DNA of 64,000 nucleotides from Deltaproteobacteria bacterium (lineage in GTDB: Bacteria; SAR324; NAC60-12). Below, one piece after another: positions 9,479 through 20,051 of this stretch. Position numbers and translations under genes: made by a program. How positions within the stretch are numbered: the stretch's first letter is position 1; each line of letters starts with the position of its first letter. The notes beneath the pieces were generated by a model, which worked only from the letters and a program-made list of their open reading frames with translations, was not told the DNA's origin and did not search any database. The stretch lies in NCBI GenBank assembly GCA_038150265.1, contig JAYOTF010000003.1, forward strand, positions 84,546-148,545, written 5' to 3'.

Positions 9479-10491
9479 GCAGACCCCTGTTGCCGATCGG
9501 TGATGGCTTCCGGATGCCAGCACGCCACCCGATGCTGGGCACGGGGCTGAAGCACCGGCACGTCTTGCTGACACCGCTCGGAGGCAAAGGCACAGCGTGG
9601 GTGAAACTTGCACCCCGGAGGCGGATCAATCAGGTTCGGGGGAGACCCCTTGATGCTCGAAAGCTGATCCTTGCCGGGTTCCAGCTTCGGCACCGACGCC
9701 AGCAGGCCCTGGGTGTAGGGGTGCTGCGAGCGGTAAAACAGCTCATGGACGCCTCCGATTTCCACAATTTCTCCGGCATACATGGTGGCAACGGTGTCGG
9801 CCATTTCGGCCGCAAGGGCCAGGTCGTGACTGATGAAGATGATGCTGAACTGCAGCACCCGCTGCATCTCCCGGAGCACCTCAATCATCGCCCGCTGCGT
9901 GAGGATGTCCAGGGCCGTGGTCGGTTCATCCAGGATGACAATCTGGGGCTGCAGGAGGACCCCGAGTGCCAGCAGCGTCCGTTGCTTCATGCCGCCACTG
10001 AGTTCGTGAGGATACGAGGCATACACCCGTTCCGGATCCAGCCGCACCAGTTCCAGCAAACGCCAGGAGCGCTTCCGGACCTCCTTCCGGTCCGTCCAGC
10101 CGTGTGCCCGAGCCGTATCTTCAAAATGCTGAGCCACCGTCAGCACCGGATTGAAGGCATTTTGAGCCCCCTGAAACACCATGGCGCAGGCCTGCCAGCG
10201 GAAGCTCCGGAGCTGACGCTTGCTGAGCTGCAGGACCTCCCGGATTTCCTGCTGATGCTGGTGCCGGATGGTCCCTGCGACAATCTGGGCATTCCGGGGA
10301 AGCTTGCGGATCAGCGAGAGGCTGACAGTGGTCTTGCCGCTGCCGCTCTCTCCAATCAGGGCCAGGGCTTCGTTTTGATGAAGCCGAAAAGAGACGTTAT
10401 TCGTCGCCAGCACCTCCCCACGTTCCGCCTGATAGATGATGGAGAGGGCCTCAACGTCCAGCACCACGTTTTCCGGAAGAGCCTCCATCAC
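9475..10491 (-). CDS. ABC transporter ATP-binding protein (OppD-like)
   Basis: GESGSGKT, YPHELSGGMKQR, DEPTTALD and GCKFHPRC. Confidence 0.92.
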   Translation of the reverse strand: MMEALPENVVLDVEALSIIYQAERGEVLATNNVSFRLHQNEALALIGESGSGKTTVSLSLIRKLPRNAQIVAGTIRHQHQQEIREVLQLSKRQLRSFRWQACAMVFQGAQNAFNPVLTVAQHFEDTARAHGWTDRKEVRKRSWRLLELVRLDPERVYASYPHELSGGMKQRTLLALGVLLQPQIVILDEPTTALDILTQRAMIEVLREMQRVLQFSIIFISHDLALAAEMADTVATMYAGEIVEIGGVHELFYRSQHPYTQGLLASVPKLEPGKDQLSSIKGSPPNLIDPPPGCKFHPRCAFASERCQQDVPVLQPRAQHRVACWHPEAITDRQQGSA

Positions 10492-11696
10492 TTTCCTCGC
10501 AAACGGGGGTCAAACAGCTCTTCCAGGGCCCGGGCAAAGAGAACCAGACAGACCTGAAACAGGGCGATCGCCAGCACCGGAGAGAGCGCCATGCTGATGC
10601 CATCCGGATTGAAGAGCGTGCCACGGGTCCGGCCAAAGAAGAGCATGATGCCCCAGGTGTAGTCATTGATTGGAGCCAGCCCCAGCACCACCAATCCGAT
10701 CTGTTCGTACATGGCCGAGGTGATGGCAAAGATCAGGTTGATCGCCACAAAGCTGATCATGTTGGGCAGGATCTCCCGGAACATGATGTGCGGCGTTCCG
10801 AGCCCAAGCGACCGGGCGGCTTCCACAAAGTCACGCTCCCGGAGGCTCAGCACCTGCGCCCGGATGGCCCGCATCAGCGCTGGCCACCCGAGGAGGCCAA
10901 TCAGCACCCCCAGCAGCAGCGTGTTCTCAAACGAAATCAGCCCGGCCAGCACCACCAGTAACGGAAAACGCGGGATCGCCAGAAACAGGTTGGTGATGGC
11001 CGTCAGCGACTGATCGACCACGCCGCCGAATAATGCCGCCAGTGACCCCAGGCACACCGCGAGCACCGTGGAAAGAATGCCGCCCAGCAGCGCTGTCAGG
11101 ATCAGCACCCGGCCTCCATGCACAATGTGCGACGCCAGGTCCCGGCCCTGGGTATCGGTTCCCAGCAGCGACATGGGCCCAAGGGTGGGGTTCGAGATCA
11201 CCACCGTTTCCTGGATCAGCTTCTGAAAGGCGGGGTCGTCTGCCTGCTCCACGGCTTCCTTCCAGGCCTGAGAGTAAACAAGTGTCGCCGCGATCTTCTG
11301 GTTGGCCACATCCTTCAGCGCGGCCTCAATGCCGGGTCCGGAAATGCGGCTGCGCCACCGGTAGCGCTTGGCCTTGGGAGGCGTGTCTGTGGTCTCGGCA
11401 AACTCCTTGAGGAACAGCAGGCCTCCGGTCTGACTGACCACGCCCACCGTTTCTCCAGCAAGGTCCTCCAGGGTCCGGAAGCGTTCCGCGTTGTCCCGAT
11501 GCACCGCCAGCTGCAACCGCGACCCCGGAGGAGCGGTGATCTCATCCAGCTTCGGCTGATCATCAAAGGGCACCACATACGGCAGGAGGAAGGTGAGGAT
11601 GAAGTACCCGATCAGGCCCAGCAGGCCGATGAAGCCTGCCCGGTTGGCACGGATCTGGTGAAAGAGGGTGACGAGTTGGCGAAACCGGGAGGCCAC
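10488..11696 (-). CDS. ABC transporter permease (OppC-like) with a ~115-aa periplasmic insertion
   Basis: LLGTDTQGRD, EAA loop FVEAARSLG and LFDPRLR. GTG start just after the oppB stop. Confidence 0.88.
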   Translation of the reverse strand: MASRFRQLVTLFHQIRANRAGFIGLLGLIGYFILTFLLPYVVPFDDQPKLDEITAPPGSRLQLAVHRDNAERFRTLEDLAGETVGVVSQTGGLLFLKEFAETTDTPPKAKRYRWRSRISGPGIEAALKDVANQKIAATLVYSQAWKEAVEQADDPAFQKLIQETVVISNPTLGPMSLLGTDTQGRDLASHIVHGGRVLILTALLGGILSTVLAVCLGSLAALFGGVVDQSLTAITNLFLAIPRFPLLVVLAGLISFENTLLLGVLIGLLGWPALMRAIRAQVLSLRERDFVEAARSLGLGTPHIMFREILPNMISFVAINLIFAITSAMYEQIGLVVLGLAPINDYTWGIMLFFGRTRGTLFNPDGISMALSPVLAIALFQVCLVLFARALEELFDPRLRGK

Positions 11697-11697
11697 G

Positions 11698-12720
11698 TTA
11701 GCGCTCCCCTGAAACACGAACCCGCGGGTCCAGCAGGCCGTAAGTGAGGTCCGCAAAGACGTTCGCCAGCACAACGGTCATCGTCAGAATGAGAAACACG
11801 CCCTGCATGGAGGTGTAGTCCCGAACGGTGATGGACTGAAAGAGGTAGTGCCCGAGCCCCCAATAGACGAAGATCTCCTCAATCACCACGCCACTGCCCA
11901 GCACAAAGCCGATGCTGATGGTGAGCTGCGTGAAGAGCGGGAGGGAGGCATTCCGGCCAACGTAGGCGGTGATGATCCGGGAGTCATGCAGCCCCCGGGC
12001 TTCGGCAACGTTGACGTAATCCTCATTGAGGACCCCCATCGTGCTGCTCTTCATGTTGAGCATCCAGCCCCCCAGGGCACTGACGACGTAGGTGACGATG
12101 GGGAGCAGCGCATGCTGAAAGGCGCTGAGGAGGAAGGGGAGGTTCAGGCCAGGCTCCAGGCCAGGGTCATACGTCCCCCGCACCGCGCCGACGTTGAACC
12201 AGCGGAGCTGCACCCCCAGCACAATCACAATCAGCAGCCCCCAGATGTAGTTGGGGATGCCCGTCATGAAGGAGGCAAACAGCGACAGGAAGTAGTCCAG
12301 CGAGGAGTTCCGGTAGTAGGCCATCACCATCCCAAGCAGGATGCCCAGCACAAAACTCAGGAGCAGCCCGGTGCCCACCGCAAAGACCGTCCACGGCAAA
12401 AACCGGATGATCTCGTCTCCCACGCTGGTTCCCGGAGAGGTGATGGAGGTTCCCAGGTCCAGGCGCGCCAGGTCGCCCAGCCACCCGAGGTACTGATCCC
12501 ATACGGAAGCATCCGGATCCAGATCAAAGCTGGCGGCCACGCGGTCGTAGGCTTCCGAATAGGCAATGCCTTCATTGGTCAGGATCTGCTCCACCAGGAT
12601 CTCAATGGGATTGCCCGGCATCAGCCGAACGAGCGCAAAGGTGAAGGTGGTCACCGCCCAGATGGTAAACACCGCTTGAACGAGAACGCGGAAGGGGTAG
12701 CTCTTGAGCAGCGTGCGCAT
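11698..12720 (-). CDS. ABC transporter permease (OppB-like)
   Basis: RLMPGNP, DLGTS, EDYVNVAEARGL and LLDPRVR. Confidence 0.92.
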   Translation of the reverse strand: MRTLLKSYPFRVLVQAVFTIWAVTTFTFALVRLMPGNPIEILVEQILTNEGIAYSEAYDRVAASFDLDPDASVWDQYLGWLGDLARLDLGTSITSPGTSVGDEIIRFLPWTVFAVGTGLLLSFVLGILLGMVMAYYRNSSLDYFLSLFASFMTGIPNYIWGLLIVIVLGVQLRWFNVGAVRGTYDPGLEPGLNLPFLLSAFQHALLPIVTYVVSALGGWMLNMKSSTMGVLNEDYVNVAEARGLHDSRIITAYVGRNASLPLFTQLTISIGFVLGSGVVIEEIFVYWGLGHYLFQSITVRDYTSMQGVFLILTMTVVLANVFADLTYGLLDPRVRVSGER

Positions 12721-12763
12721 GCAGACGGGTCAGCGGAGTGAGAGAGGCGTGAGGAGCCGTGAA

Positions 12764-12782
12764 GGCCGGAAGAACTCCGGCC
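12764..12782. repeat. Intergenic hairpin, REP-like
   Basis: GGCCGGA-AGAAC-TCCGGCC; very similar to the hairpin at 45555-45577. Confidence 0.5.
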
Positions 12783-12793
12783 CTCTGGGTTCA

Positions 12794-14512
12794 TTACTGA
12801 GCAGGAGCCACGCCTCCAGTCAGGATCAGGTAGGACATCCAGTTGTCGGTGCCGCCCCCGAAGTTCGCATAAATCGGGTCCTCCTCTGCCGGAACCTGAA
12901 GGAAGTTGCGGTTCAGCGCGTTGTTGGTGTAGCGCTCCCACAGCGGAATCGCAGGCAGCAGCTCATTGTAGGAAAGCGCGAGCTGCGCCACGAGCTTTGC
13001 CTGTTCCTGACGGTTCACCCCCTCGGCGCTGGAGTTGGAGGCGTCAAACACGTTCAGGGCGCCGCCACTGTAGGTCACATTCATCTTGAAGCCCATGCCG
13101 CCTCCTTGCTCCCCGGCCAGCTCACCCTGGCCGTTGTAGCGGTTGTAGGCCTGCAGGAAGCTCCGGGCCGGGATCGGGTCGCCCAGTCCCCAGTTCCGGA
13201 CTGCCAGCTGGAAGTTGCCCTCGTAGATGTCCTTGGGGTGCTGCTGAAACTGCACTCCCCGGAGTTGGATGTCAAATCCGAAGGCGTTCAGCTGCGCCGC
13301 TGCATTTTCAGCTGCAGCCGACCAGTCGGCATATTCCTGCGGGTAGGTCAGCTCAAACGAAAGGAGCTTTCCCTGGTCATCATGCCACTGGCCGTTGCCG
13401 TCCTTGGTAAAGCCGATGCCTTCCAGCAGTTCAGCAGCACGATCCGGATCGTACTCATACGGGTTGAGTTGCTCCAGGGTGTCATCTGCAAGCCAGGCTC
13501 CGGAGAGGCCATCGCTCATGCCGGTGAGGAACTCGACGGCAACTCCGGACTCGCCGAGGCTGACGTAGCCGTTCTGCTCGCGGTCAATGGCATAGGCCAT
13601 CGCCTGCCGCACCTCAACTCGTCCAAGCGGATAGACCCGATGATTGAGGTAAAGGCCGGGGCCGTTGTTCATGCCAGAACGGACGATGTCAATGCCCTGT
13701 TGGGCAAAGACCTTTTCCGTTGTGGGGGGAATGCCATGGGTGATGTAGTGCAGTTCCTCATTGGCTACCAGCGGGGTCACCACCTCCGTCTCGCCGTTCC
13801 ACATCCGGACCGCGTCAAACTTCTGAAGGTTGCCCGCAAATCCCTTCCGGTTGAGGCGCATCATCAGGTTCGACTCGTTGATGCTCGACGGCTCAATCGC
13901 ATACGGACCCGCTGAGACCGGCACTTCCGGACGGAACTTGGTCAATTCATTCAAGAGGCTGTCCCAGGCTTCGGTTCCGGGAGTGAGTGATTCCACCCGC
14001 GCCGCAAGGGGGCCGTACACGCTGGACGCCCGGACGTTTGTGGTGAGAATGAGGCGCTCCACCAAACTCGACGGCGCGTCCATGAGGAACCTGACGGTCT
14101 GGGCATCCACCTTTTCCACACCCGTGAGGCTCTTCCACACCGTGTCGCCCCGCAACTTGAAGATCCGGAACGTTGCCACCAGGTCATCGGCACTCAGGGC
14201 ACTGCCATCGCTCCAGGTCACCCCCTGAACCAGTTTGACGACGTAGCTTCCGTCAGCATCCCAGCCAAACGAGTCCGCCAGCATGCCTTCGTACTCTCCG
14301 GTCGCCCACTTCAAGATCGCCAGGGGCGGCTCATGGATGTCCTGATACTGTCCCAGCAACAGGCCGTTGGAGGCAAAGGTATTGAAGTGTCCCGTCGGAG
14401 GAACCTGGTAGGGCCAGGCGACGTTCAGCACGCGCTCTTGCGCCTGAACCGGTGCGAGGGTGAGGAGGAGAACAGAGAGGGTCCAGAAGAAGGAGAGGAG
14501 TTTGAGTCTCAT
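12794..14512 (-). CDS. ABC transporter substrate-binding protein, family 5 (OppA-like)
   Basis: Signal peptide ending VQA; WSDG, VRQAMAYAIDRE and YDPDRAAELLE motifs. Confidence 0.9.
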   Translation of the reverse strand: MRLKLLSFFWTLSVLLLTLAPVQAQERVLNVAWPYQVPPTGHFNTFASNGLLLGQYQDIHEPPLAILKWATGEYEGMLADSFGWDADGSYVVKLVQGVTWSDGSALSADDLVATFRIFKLRGDTVWKSLTGVEKVDAQTVRFLMDAPSSLVERLILTTNVRASSVYGPLAARVESLTPGTEAWDSLLNELTKFRPEVPVSAGPYAIEPSSINESNLMMRLNRKGFAGNLQKFDAVRMWNGETEVVTPLVANEELHYITHGIPPTTEKVFAQQGIDIVRSGMNNGPGLYLNHRVYPLGRVEVRQAMAYAIDREQNGYVSLGESGVAVEFLTGMSDGLSGAWLADDTLEQLNPYEYDPDRAAELLEGIGFTKDGNGQWHDDQGKLLSFELTYPQEYADWSAAAENAAAQLNAFGFDIQLRGVQFQQHPKDIYEGNFQLAVRNWGLGDPIPARSFLQAYNRYNGQGELAGEQGGGMGFKMNVTYSGGALNVFDASNSSAEGVNRQEQAKLVAQLALSYNELLPAIPLWERYTNNALNRNFLQVPAEEDPIYANFGGGTDNWMSYLILTGGVAPAQ

Positions 14513-14697
14513 CGGGCTTCCTTGCGAAAGAAGGTCAACAGTGCGGGCATCATGAGCAGCATCAGCGTCATGTTGAAGGCGTGAGGGAGCCTGAGCATTC
14601 GGGGTAGGCGAGCCGTCCCCACGTCCGGAGATGGTGCCGAAAGATACCGGATTTGGGCGGGAATTGGTAGGGGTTTTCTGAAAAATCAGAAAAACTT

Positions 14698-15681
14698 TCA
14701 GAGAATTGGGCGCAGGCCCATGCGTTCGCGGACCCGAGACAGGACTCCACGGGCCACGGCTTTTGCCTTGTCTCGCCCTTCTTCCAGCAGCCCGTCCAGG
14801 TGCGTCAGGTCGGCACGGAGTTCGTGGTAGCGCTCCCGGGCATCGGCGAGTTCCGCGTTGATCAGCTCAAAGCAGGCCTGCTTGGCTTCACCGTATCCCA
14901 TGCCCCCGGCTCGGTAGCGTTCGGCGAGTTCCGCCTGCTGGGCTTGGTTGGCAAAGCAGCTGAAGAGCGCAAAGACGTTGCACTGATCCGGATCCTTGGG
15001 GGCTTCCACCGGCGTGGAGTCCGTCTGGATGCGCATGATGGCCTTGCGGAGCTGCTTCTCTGGGGCGAAGAGGGGGATGACGTTGTTGTAGGACTTGCTC
15101 ATCTTCCGACCATCGAGCCCGGGAATGACAGCCAGCTGCTCCTCAATCAGGGGCTCCGGGACCACAAAGGTCTCACCGTAGAGGTGATTGAAGCGCTGGG
15201 CGATGTCGCGGGTGATCTCGAGGTGCTGCTTCTGGTCCTTCCCCACGGGCACGACGTGGGAGTCGTAGATGAGGATGTCCGAGGCCATCAGGACGGGGTA
15301 GCAGTAGAGGCCCATGTTGACGTCGGAATCCTTGGTCTGCGCGTCCTTGAAGGCGTGGGCGCGGTCCATCAGGCCCTTGGACGTCACACAGGAGATGAGC
15401 CAGGTGAGTTCCGTGACTTCTGGGAGGTCGGACTGACGGAAGAAGGTATTGGCCTGGAAGTCCATTCCCAGTGCCGCAAAGATGGCCGTCAGGTCGTAGG
15501 AGTGCTCCGCCAACAACTCCGGTTCGCGCAGAGTGGTCAGCGCATGATAGTCGGCGATGAAGTAGAAGGTTTCATGCGTCTCCTGAAGCTTCAACGCCGG
15601 CTTGATCATGCCCAGGTAGTTCCCGAGGTGCGGGGTCCCGGAAGGCTTGATGCCGGAGAGCGAACGAGGCTTGACCGCCAT
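14698..15681 (-). CDS. trpS: Tryptophan--tRNA ligase
   Basis: SGIKPSG, HLGNYLG (HIGH), VPVGKDQKQH and KMSKS. Start at MAVKPR directly after rpmA. Confidence 0.96.
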   Translation of the reverse strand: MAVKPRSLSGIKPSGTPHLGNYLGMIKPALKLQETHETFYFIADYHALTTLREPELLAEHSYDLTAIFAALGMDFQANTFFRQSDLPEVTELTWLISCVTSKGLMDRAHAFKDAQTKDSDVNMGLYCYPVLMASDILIYDSHVVPVGKDQKQHLEITRDIAQRFNHLYGETFVVPEPLIEEQLAVIPGLDGRKMSKSYNNVIPLFAPEKQLRKAIMRIQTDSTPVEAPKDPDQCNVFALFSCFANQAQQAELAERYRAGGMGYGEAKQACFELINAELADARERYHELRADLTHLDGLLEEGRDKAKAVARGVLSRVRERMGLRPIL

Positions 15682-15682
15682 G

Positions 15683-15961
15683 TCAGGCGCTGGCGACCTC
15701 AGCTTGCGCTGGCACGATGTGGATGTACTTGCGGTTCTTGGAGCCGCCCTGGCGGAACTCGACGTAGCCGTCTGCCAATGCAAACAGCGTGTAGTCCTTT
15801 CCGGTCCCCACGTTGTTGCCTGCGTGGAAGGTGGAGCCGACCTGGCGGACCAGGATGTTTCCCGCTTTCACCAACTCTCCACCGAACTTCTTGACGCCGC
15901 GGCGTTTTCCAGCAGAGTCTCGTCCGTTGCGGCTACTGCCGCCTGCTTTTTTGTGTGCCAT
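15683..15961 (-). CDS. rpmA: 50S ribosomal protein L27
   Basis: [17 protein letters not shown]-terminus. Confidence 0.98.
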   Translation of the reverse strand: MAHKKAGGSSRNGRDSAGKRRGVKKFGGELVKAGNILVRQVGSTFHAGNNVGTGKDYTLFALADGYVEFRQGGSKNRKYIHIVPAQAEVASA

Positions 15962-15966
15962 ATCCG

Positions 15967-16281
15967 TTACGCGCTAATCGATTCAATCTTTACCAGCGTG
16001 CGTTGCTGGCGGTGTCCCTGGGTCTTGCGGTAGCCCTTGCGGCGCTTGCGCTTGAACACAATCACCTTCTTGTCCTTGCGGTGATCCACAATGGTGCCCA
16101 CCACTTTGGCGCCGGCCACGGTAGGGGTGCCCACCAGCAGCTCGCCATCTTCTTTGCTGACCGCCAGCACCTGGTCATTTTCGTAAGCGGCCCCGGGCTC
16201 CGCCTGGAGGCTGTCCAAGCGAACCGTCTCGCCGGGCTGCACCCGAACCTGACGGCCTCCGGCCTTAATGATTGCGAACAT
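15967..16281 (-). CDS. rplU: 50S ribosomal protein L21
   Basis: [12 protein letters not shown]-terminus and [16 protein letters not shown]. Confidence 0.97.
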   Translation of the reverse strand: MFAIIKAGGRQVRVQPGETVRLDSLQAEPGAAYENDQVLAVSKEDGELLVGTPTVAGAKVVGTIVDHRKDKKVIVFKRKRRKGYRKTQGHRQQRTLVKIESISA

Positions 16282-16317
16282 CTTTCTCCTTCAATCTCAG
16301 AAAACGCAAAACTCACT

Positions 16318-16346
16318 TTTATAGGGGATCTCCCCACGAATGACAA
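16318..16346 (-). promoter_or_regulatory. Sigma70 promoter for rplU-rpmA-trpS
   Basis: TTGTCA-N17-TATAAA on the minus strand. Confidence 0.75.
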
Positions 16347-16364
16347 GCGTTTTCTGAGACTCCA

Positions 16365-17756
16365 TCAGCGGTGCAACGCGGTGGCAACCTGGGTGAGGCT
16401 GTCCTTGGCGTCCCCGAACAGCATCCGTGTGTTCTCCCGGAAGTACAGCGGGTTCTCCACTCCGGAATAACCGGTGGCCATGGTTCGCTTGAGCGCGACG
16501 ACCATCCCGGCTTTCCAGACTTCAAGGACCGGCATGCCATAAATCGACATGCCAGGGTCATCCTGAGCCCCGGGGTTCACAATGTCGTTCGCCCCGATGA
16601 CCAGCACCAGGTCGGTATCAGGGAAGTCCGGATTCAGCTCCTCCATCTCCAGCACAATGTCGTACGGCACTCCGGCTTCAGCCAGCAGAACGTTCATGTG
16701 CCCAGGCATCCGCCCTGCCACCGGATGGATCGCAAAACGGACCTCCACGCCTTCGGCCCGGAGGGTCTCGGTGATGTCCTTGACCACATGCTGAGCCTGC
16801 GCAACGGCCATGCCGTACCCTGGAACAATGACGACCTTCCGGGAGTTCTTGAGATGATCCGCCACTTCTTCAGCATGGGTCGCAACGGCTTCCCCGGACT
16901 GGGTGGTGCTTTCCAGAACCGTCCCCTCTTCCACGCCCCAGCCTCCGGAGATGACACTGAGGAAGGGGCGGTTCATGCCCACACACATGATGTAGCTCAA
17001 GATCGCGCCGCTGCTTCCCACCAGCGCCCCGGTTACGATCAGCAGGTCATTCGACAGCATGAACCCCGCCATCGCAGCAGACAGTCCGGAGTAGCTGTTG
17101 AGCATGGACACCACCACAGGCATGTCCGCGCCACCGATCGCCATCACCATGTGCACGCCGATGGCCCCGGCAACAACCGCAATGAGCAGGAGGATGAACC
17201 AGTGGTTGCTCGTTTCTCCGGCCAGCACCACCGTTCCCAGAATGAGGATGGCCACCAGGCCCGTCAGGTTGAGCAGGTTCCGGTTGGGCAGGATCACCGG
17301 CTTGCTGCCGATGCGGCCACTCAGCTTTCCAAAGGCCACCACAGATCCGGTGAAGGTGTAGGTGCCAATCACCACACCCAGCATGATCTCCACCTCGTGG
17401 ATGATCAACTCGGCGCCCGTGTAGGCTCCGGAGTTGAGGTAGCTGGCCAACCCCACCATGGCGGCCGCGAGGCCTCCGAAGCTATTGAGGATGGCCACCA
17501 TCTCTGGCATCTGCGTCATCTCCACTCGCGTTGCCGCCAGCCACCCGAGGACGGACCCCGCAAGGAGCATCAGCAGCAGCCAGAAGTAATTTCCCGACTC
17601 CGGAAGAAACAATGTGGCAAGCACGGCGAGGCTCATTCCAGCAACCCCCAGCAGGTTTCCCCGGCGCGCGGTATCCTGACGGCTCAGGCCGCCAATGCTG
17701 AGAATGAAGAGGACACTGGCAATGATGTAACTAACAGTAATGATTCCTTGAGGCAT
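16365..17756 (-). CDS. pntB: NAD(P) transhydrogenase subunit beta
   Basis: [29 protein letters not shown] and [18 protein letters not shown]. Confidence 0.97.
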   Translation of the reverse strand: MPQGIITVSYIIASVLFILSIGGLSRQDTARRGNLLGVAGMSLAVLATLFLPESGNYFWLLLMLLAGSVLGWLAATRVEMTQMPEMVAILNSFGGLAAAMVGLASYLNSGAYTGAELIIHEVEIMLGVVIGTYTFTGSVVAFGKLSGRIGSKPVILPNRNLLNLTGLVAILILGTVVLAGETSNHWFILLLIAVVAGAIGVHMVMAIGGADMPVVVSMLNSYSGLSAAMAGFMLSNDLLIVTGALVGSSGAILSYIMCVGMNRPFLSVISGGWGVEEGTVLESTTQSGEAVATHAEEVADHLKNSRKVVIVPGYGMAVAQAQHVVKDITETLRAEGVEVRFAIHPVAGRMPGHMNVLLAEAGVPYDIVLEMEELNPDFPDTDLVLVIGANDIVNPGAQDDPGMSIYGMPVLEVWKAGMVVALKRTMATGYSGVENPLYFRENTRMLFGDAKDSLTQVATALHR

Positions 17757-17789
17757 GATTCGACTCGGCTGAAATTAATCTGAAGGCAA

Positions 17790-19346
17790 CTACTTGCGGA
17801 ACATTCCCAACATCCGGTGGGTCACCAGGAACCCGCCCACGATGTTGATGGTTGCAATCAGAACCGCGAGTCCAGCAATCAAGGGACTGGTTCCGGAGAG
17901 GTGCATGATGCCCCCCAGCACAATGATGCCACTGATGGCATTGGTTGCACTCATGAGGGGGGTGTGCAGGGAAGGAGCCACGTTCCAGACCACCATGTAC
18001 CCCACAAAACACGCCAGGACGAAAACGGTCAGGTGCGAGAGGAAGGCCGTGGAGCCCCCCATTCCCACCAGCAGCACCAGCAGGGCCGCGAAGCCATAGG
18101 CCACCTTGCGGTTGAACAGACGCTCCAGCGCAGAGGGCTCCGGTTCCGGAGCCGGAGGAGCGGGCTCTGTCGGTTTGGCTTCCGCAGCAGCAGGAGCCGC
18201 TTCCACCACTTGAGGAGCCGGAGGAGGCCAGGTGACGGCTCCCTCATGCGTCACCGTGACGGCACGGGTGATTTCGTCTTCCAGGTCAATCTGGAAGTTT
18301 TCTGCGTCTCCGAGGTGCTGCAGGAGGCGGATCAGGTTGTTGCTGTAAAGCTGGCTGGCCTGCGTGGGCAACTGACTCGGCAGGTTCGTTGCTCCAATGA
18401 TGGTCACGCCGTGCGCCTGAGTCACCTCACCGGGTTGCGTCAAGGCGCAGTTGCCTCCGGTTTCAGCCGCAAGGTCCACAATCACGGAGCCCGGACGCAT
18501 CCGCTTCACCATGTCTTCGGTGATCAGGCGGGGGGCCTGTTTTCCGGGAATGGCAGCGGTTGTGATGATGATGTCCACTTCTTCCGCCTGCTGCGTGAAG
18601 AGCGCCATTTCTGCCGCAATGAAGGCCTCGCTCATTTCCTTCGCATACCCGCCCTTGCCGGTTCCGTCCTCCTGCAGCTCCACCTGCAGAAACTCGGCTC
18701 CCAGGCTCTTCACTTCATCCTTGACGGCAGGGCGCGTATCGAACGCCCGGACGATGGCACCGAGGCTCTGCGCAGCGCCAATGGCCGCCAGCCCTGCCAC
18801 ACCGGCCCCAATGACCAGCACCTTCGCCGGAGGAATGCGGCCAGCCGCTGTGATCTGTCCGGTGAAGAAGCGACCAAAGTGATTGGCCGCCTCAATGACG
18901 GCACGGTAGCCCGCAATGTTGGCCATTGAGCTGAGCACATCCATCGATTGCGCCCGGGAAATCCGAGGAATCGCGTCCAGCGCCAACGCCGTGACCTGCG
19001 CCTGTGAGAGCTTCTTGAGCAGCTCCTCATTTTGTCCGGGAGACAAGAGGCAGATCAGCTTTTGTCCGGGACGCAGCATCCGCGTTTCCTGACGCCGGAG
19101 CCTGGGATGCCTTTCCGGAGGATGAACCTTGAGGATCAGGTCAGCCTGTGCCCACACCTCTGCAGGATCGGCCACAATTTGGGCGCCGGCTTCTTCATAA
19201 AGGGGATCGGGAAAACTGGCGAGACGACCGGCCTCACTCTCCACCAATACCGAAAATCCTAGCTTCTTCAGAGCAACAACACCTGCCGGAACCAGCGCCA
19301 CACGCTGCTCATCGGCCCGTACTTCTCGGGGAACACCAATGATCAT
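17790..19346 (-). CDS. pntA: NAD(P) transhydrogenase subunit alpha
   Basis: [26 protein letters not shown] and [14 protein letters not shown]. Alternative GTG start at 19376. Confidence 0.97.
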   Translation of the reverse strand: MIIGVPREVRADEQRVALVPAGVVALKKLGFSVLVESEAGRLASFPDPLYEEAGAQIVADPAEVWAQADLILKVHPPERHPRLRRQETRMLRPGQKLICLLSPGQNEELLKKLSQAQVTALALDAIPRISRAQSMDVLSSMANIAGYRAVIEAANHFGRFFTGQITAAGRIPPAKVLVIGAGVAGLAAIGAAQSLGAIVRAFDTRPAVKDEVKSLGAEFLQVELQEDGTGKGGYAKEMSEAFIAAEMALFTQQAEEVDIIITTAAIPGKQAPRLITEDMVKRMRPGSVIVDLAAETGGNCALTQPGEVTQAHGVTIIGATNLPSQLPTQASQLYSNNLIRLLQHLGDAENFQIDLEDEITRAVTVTHEGAVTWPPPAPQVVEAAPAAAEAKPTEPAPPAPEPEPSALERLFNRKVAYGFAALLVLLVGMGGSTAFLSHLTVFVLACFVGYMVVWNVAPSLHTPLMSATNAISGIIVLGGIMHLSGTSPLIAGLAVLIATINIVGGFLVTHRMLGMFRK

Positions 19347-19421
19347 GGATGCCTTTTGAGGGTCTTGAGGATGCACCTCTTTGTCAGAGCTGCACGGAGG
19401 GGGAGGCGAGAATCAAACGCG

Positions 19422-19449
19422 ATCTTAACGGCTTTCCCAACACGGTCAA
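19422..19449 (-). promoter_or_regulatory. Putative sigma70 promoter for pntAB
   Basis: TTGACC-N16-TAAGAT on the minus strand. Confidence 0.5.
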
Positions 19450-19515
19450 GCAAGTTTGTCGCTCGCGTGTCAGGACAATTACGGATTGCAAAAGCCGAGG
19501 AAACCGGACCGGAGC

Positions 19516-20004
19516 TCAGCCCTTGGGCTTGAGCGACATTCCTCCCACGCGATGGGGGGGATCCGGAAGAGCCTGGTGCTGAAGGAAGGTGTGCTGCACC
19601 TGTGCCTGAAGCGCCTCCGGAAACGGAGTCACCCGCGGCTCGGCTCCGGCCTGACTGACATGCAGCATCAGGGTCTCCTCGACCGCATGCAGACGGGTCC
19701 GGTTTTCGCTCCAGAGCGCCTGCCAGACCAAAATCCGCTTCGGATCTGCTGCCACCAACCGAGACTCCACCTCGATGTCGGTGCCTTCCAGCAACTCCTC
19801 CAGGTAGTGGATGCGCAGGTCGAGGCTGTAGAGGGTCCCCTGGGTCTGCTGCCGGTACGCTTCGTCCACGCCGATGGCCTCCATCACCTCGTCCACCGCG
19901 TAGCTGAAGATCAGGGTGTAGTAGGCATCTCGGACGTGTCCGTTGTAGTCCACCCACTCCGGAATCACCCGGGTTCGGTAAATCAGAGCCGTGTCAGCAG
20001 TCAT
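19516..20004 (-). CDS. Hotdog-fold acyl-CoA thioesterase (4HBT-like)
   Basis: WVDYNGHVRDAYY motif, similar to carnitine-pathway-associated thioesterases. Confidence 0.8.
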   Translation of the reverse strand: MTADTALIYRTRVIPEWVDYNGHVRDAYYTLIFSYAVDEVMEAIGVDEAYRQQTQGTLYSLDLRIHYLEELLEGTDIEVESRLVAADPKRILVWQALWSENRTRLHAVEETLMLHVSQAGAEPRVTPFPEALQAQVQHTFLQHQALPDPPHRVGGMSLKPKG

Positions 20005-20051
20005 GGGATTCCTTCAAGCAGGTGGTGTCCCCAAGAAGCGAGGGGTCAGGA

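Noticed and set aside
14513..14697. Possible riboswitch upstream of oppA
   Set aside because: No convincing match to fluoride, TPP, cobalamin, SAM or glycine consensus by eye; an Rfam scan would settle it.
15682..15783. N-terminal extension of TrpS in the ORF track
   Set aside because: It overlaps rpmA in another frame; the likely start is ATG 15681.
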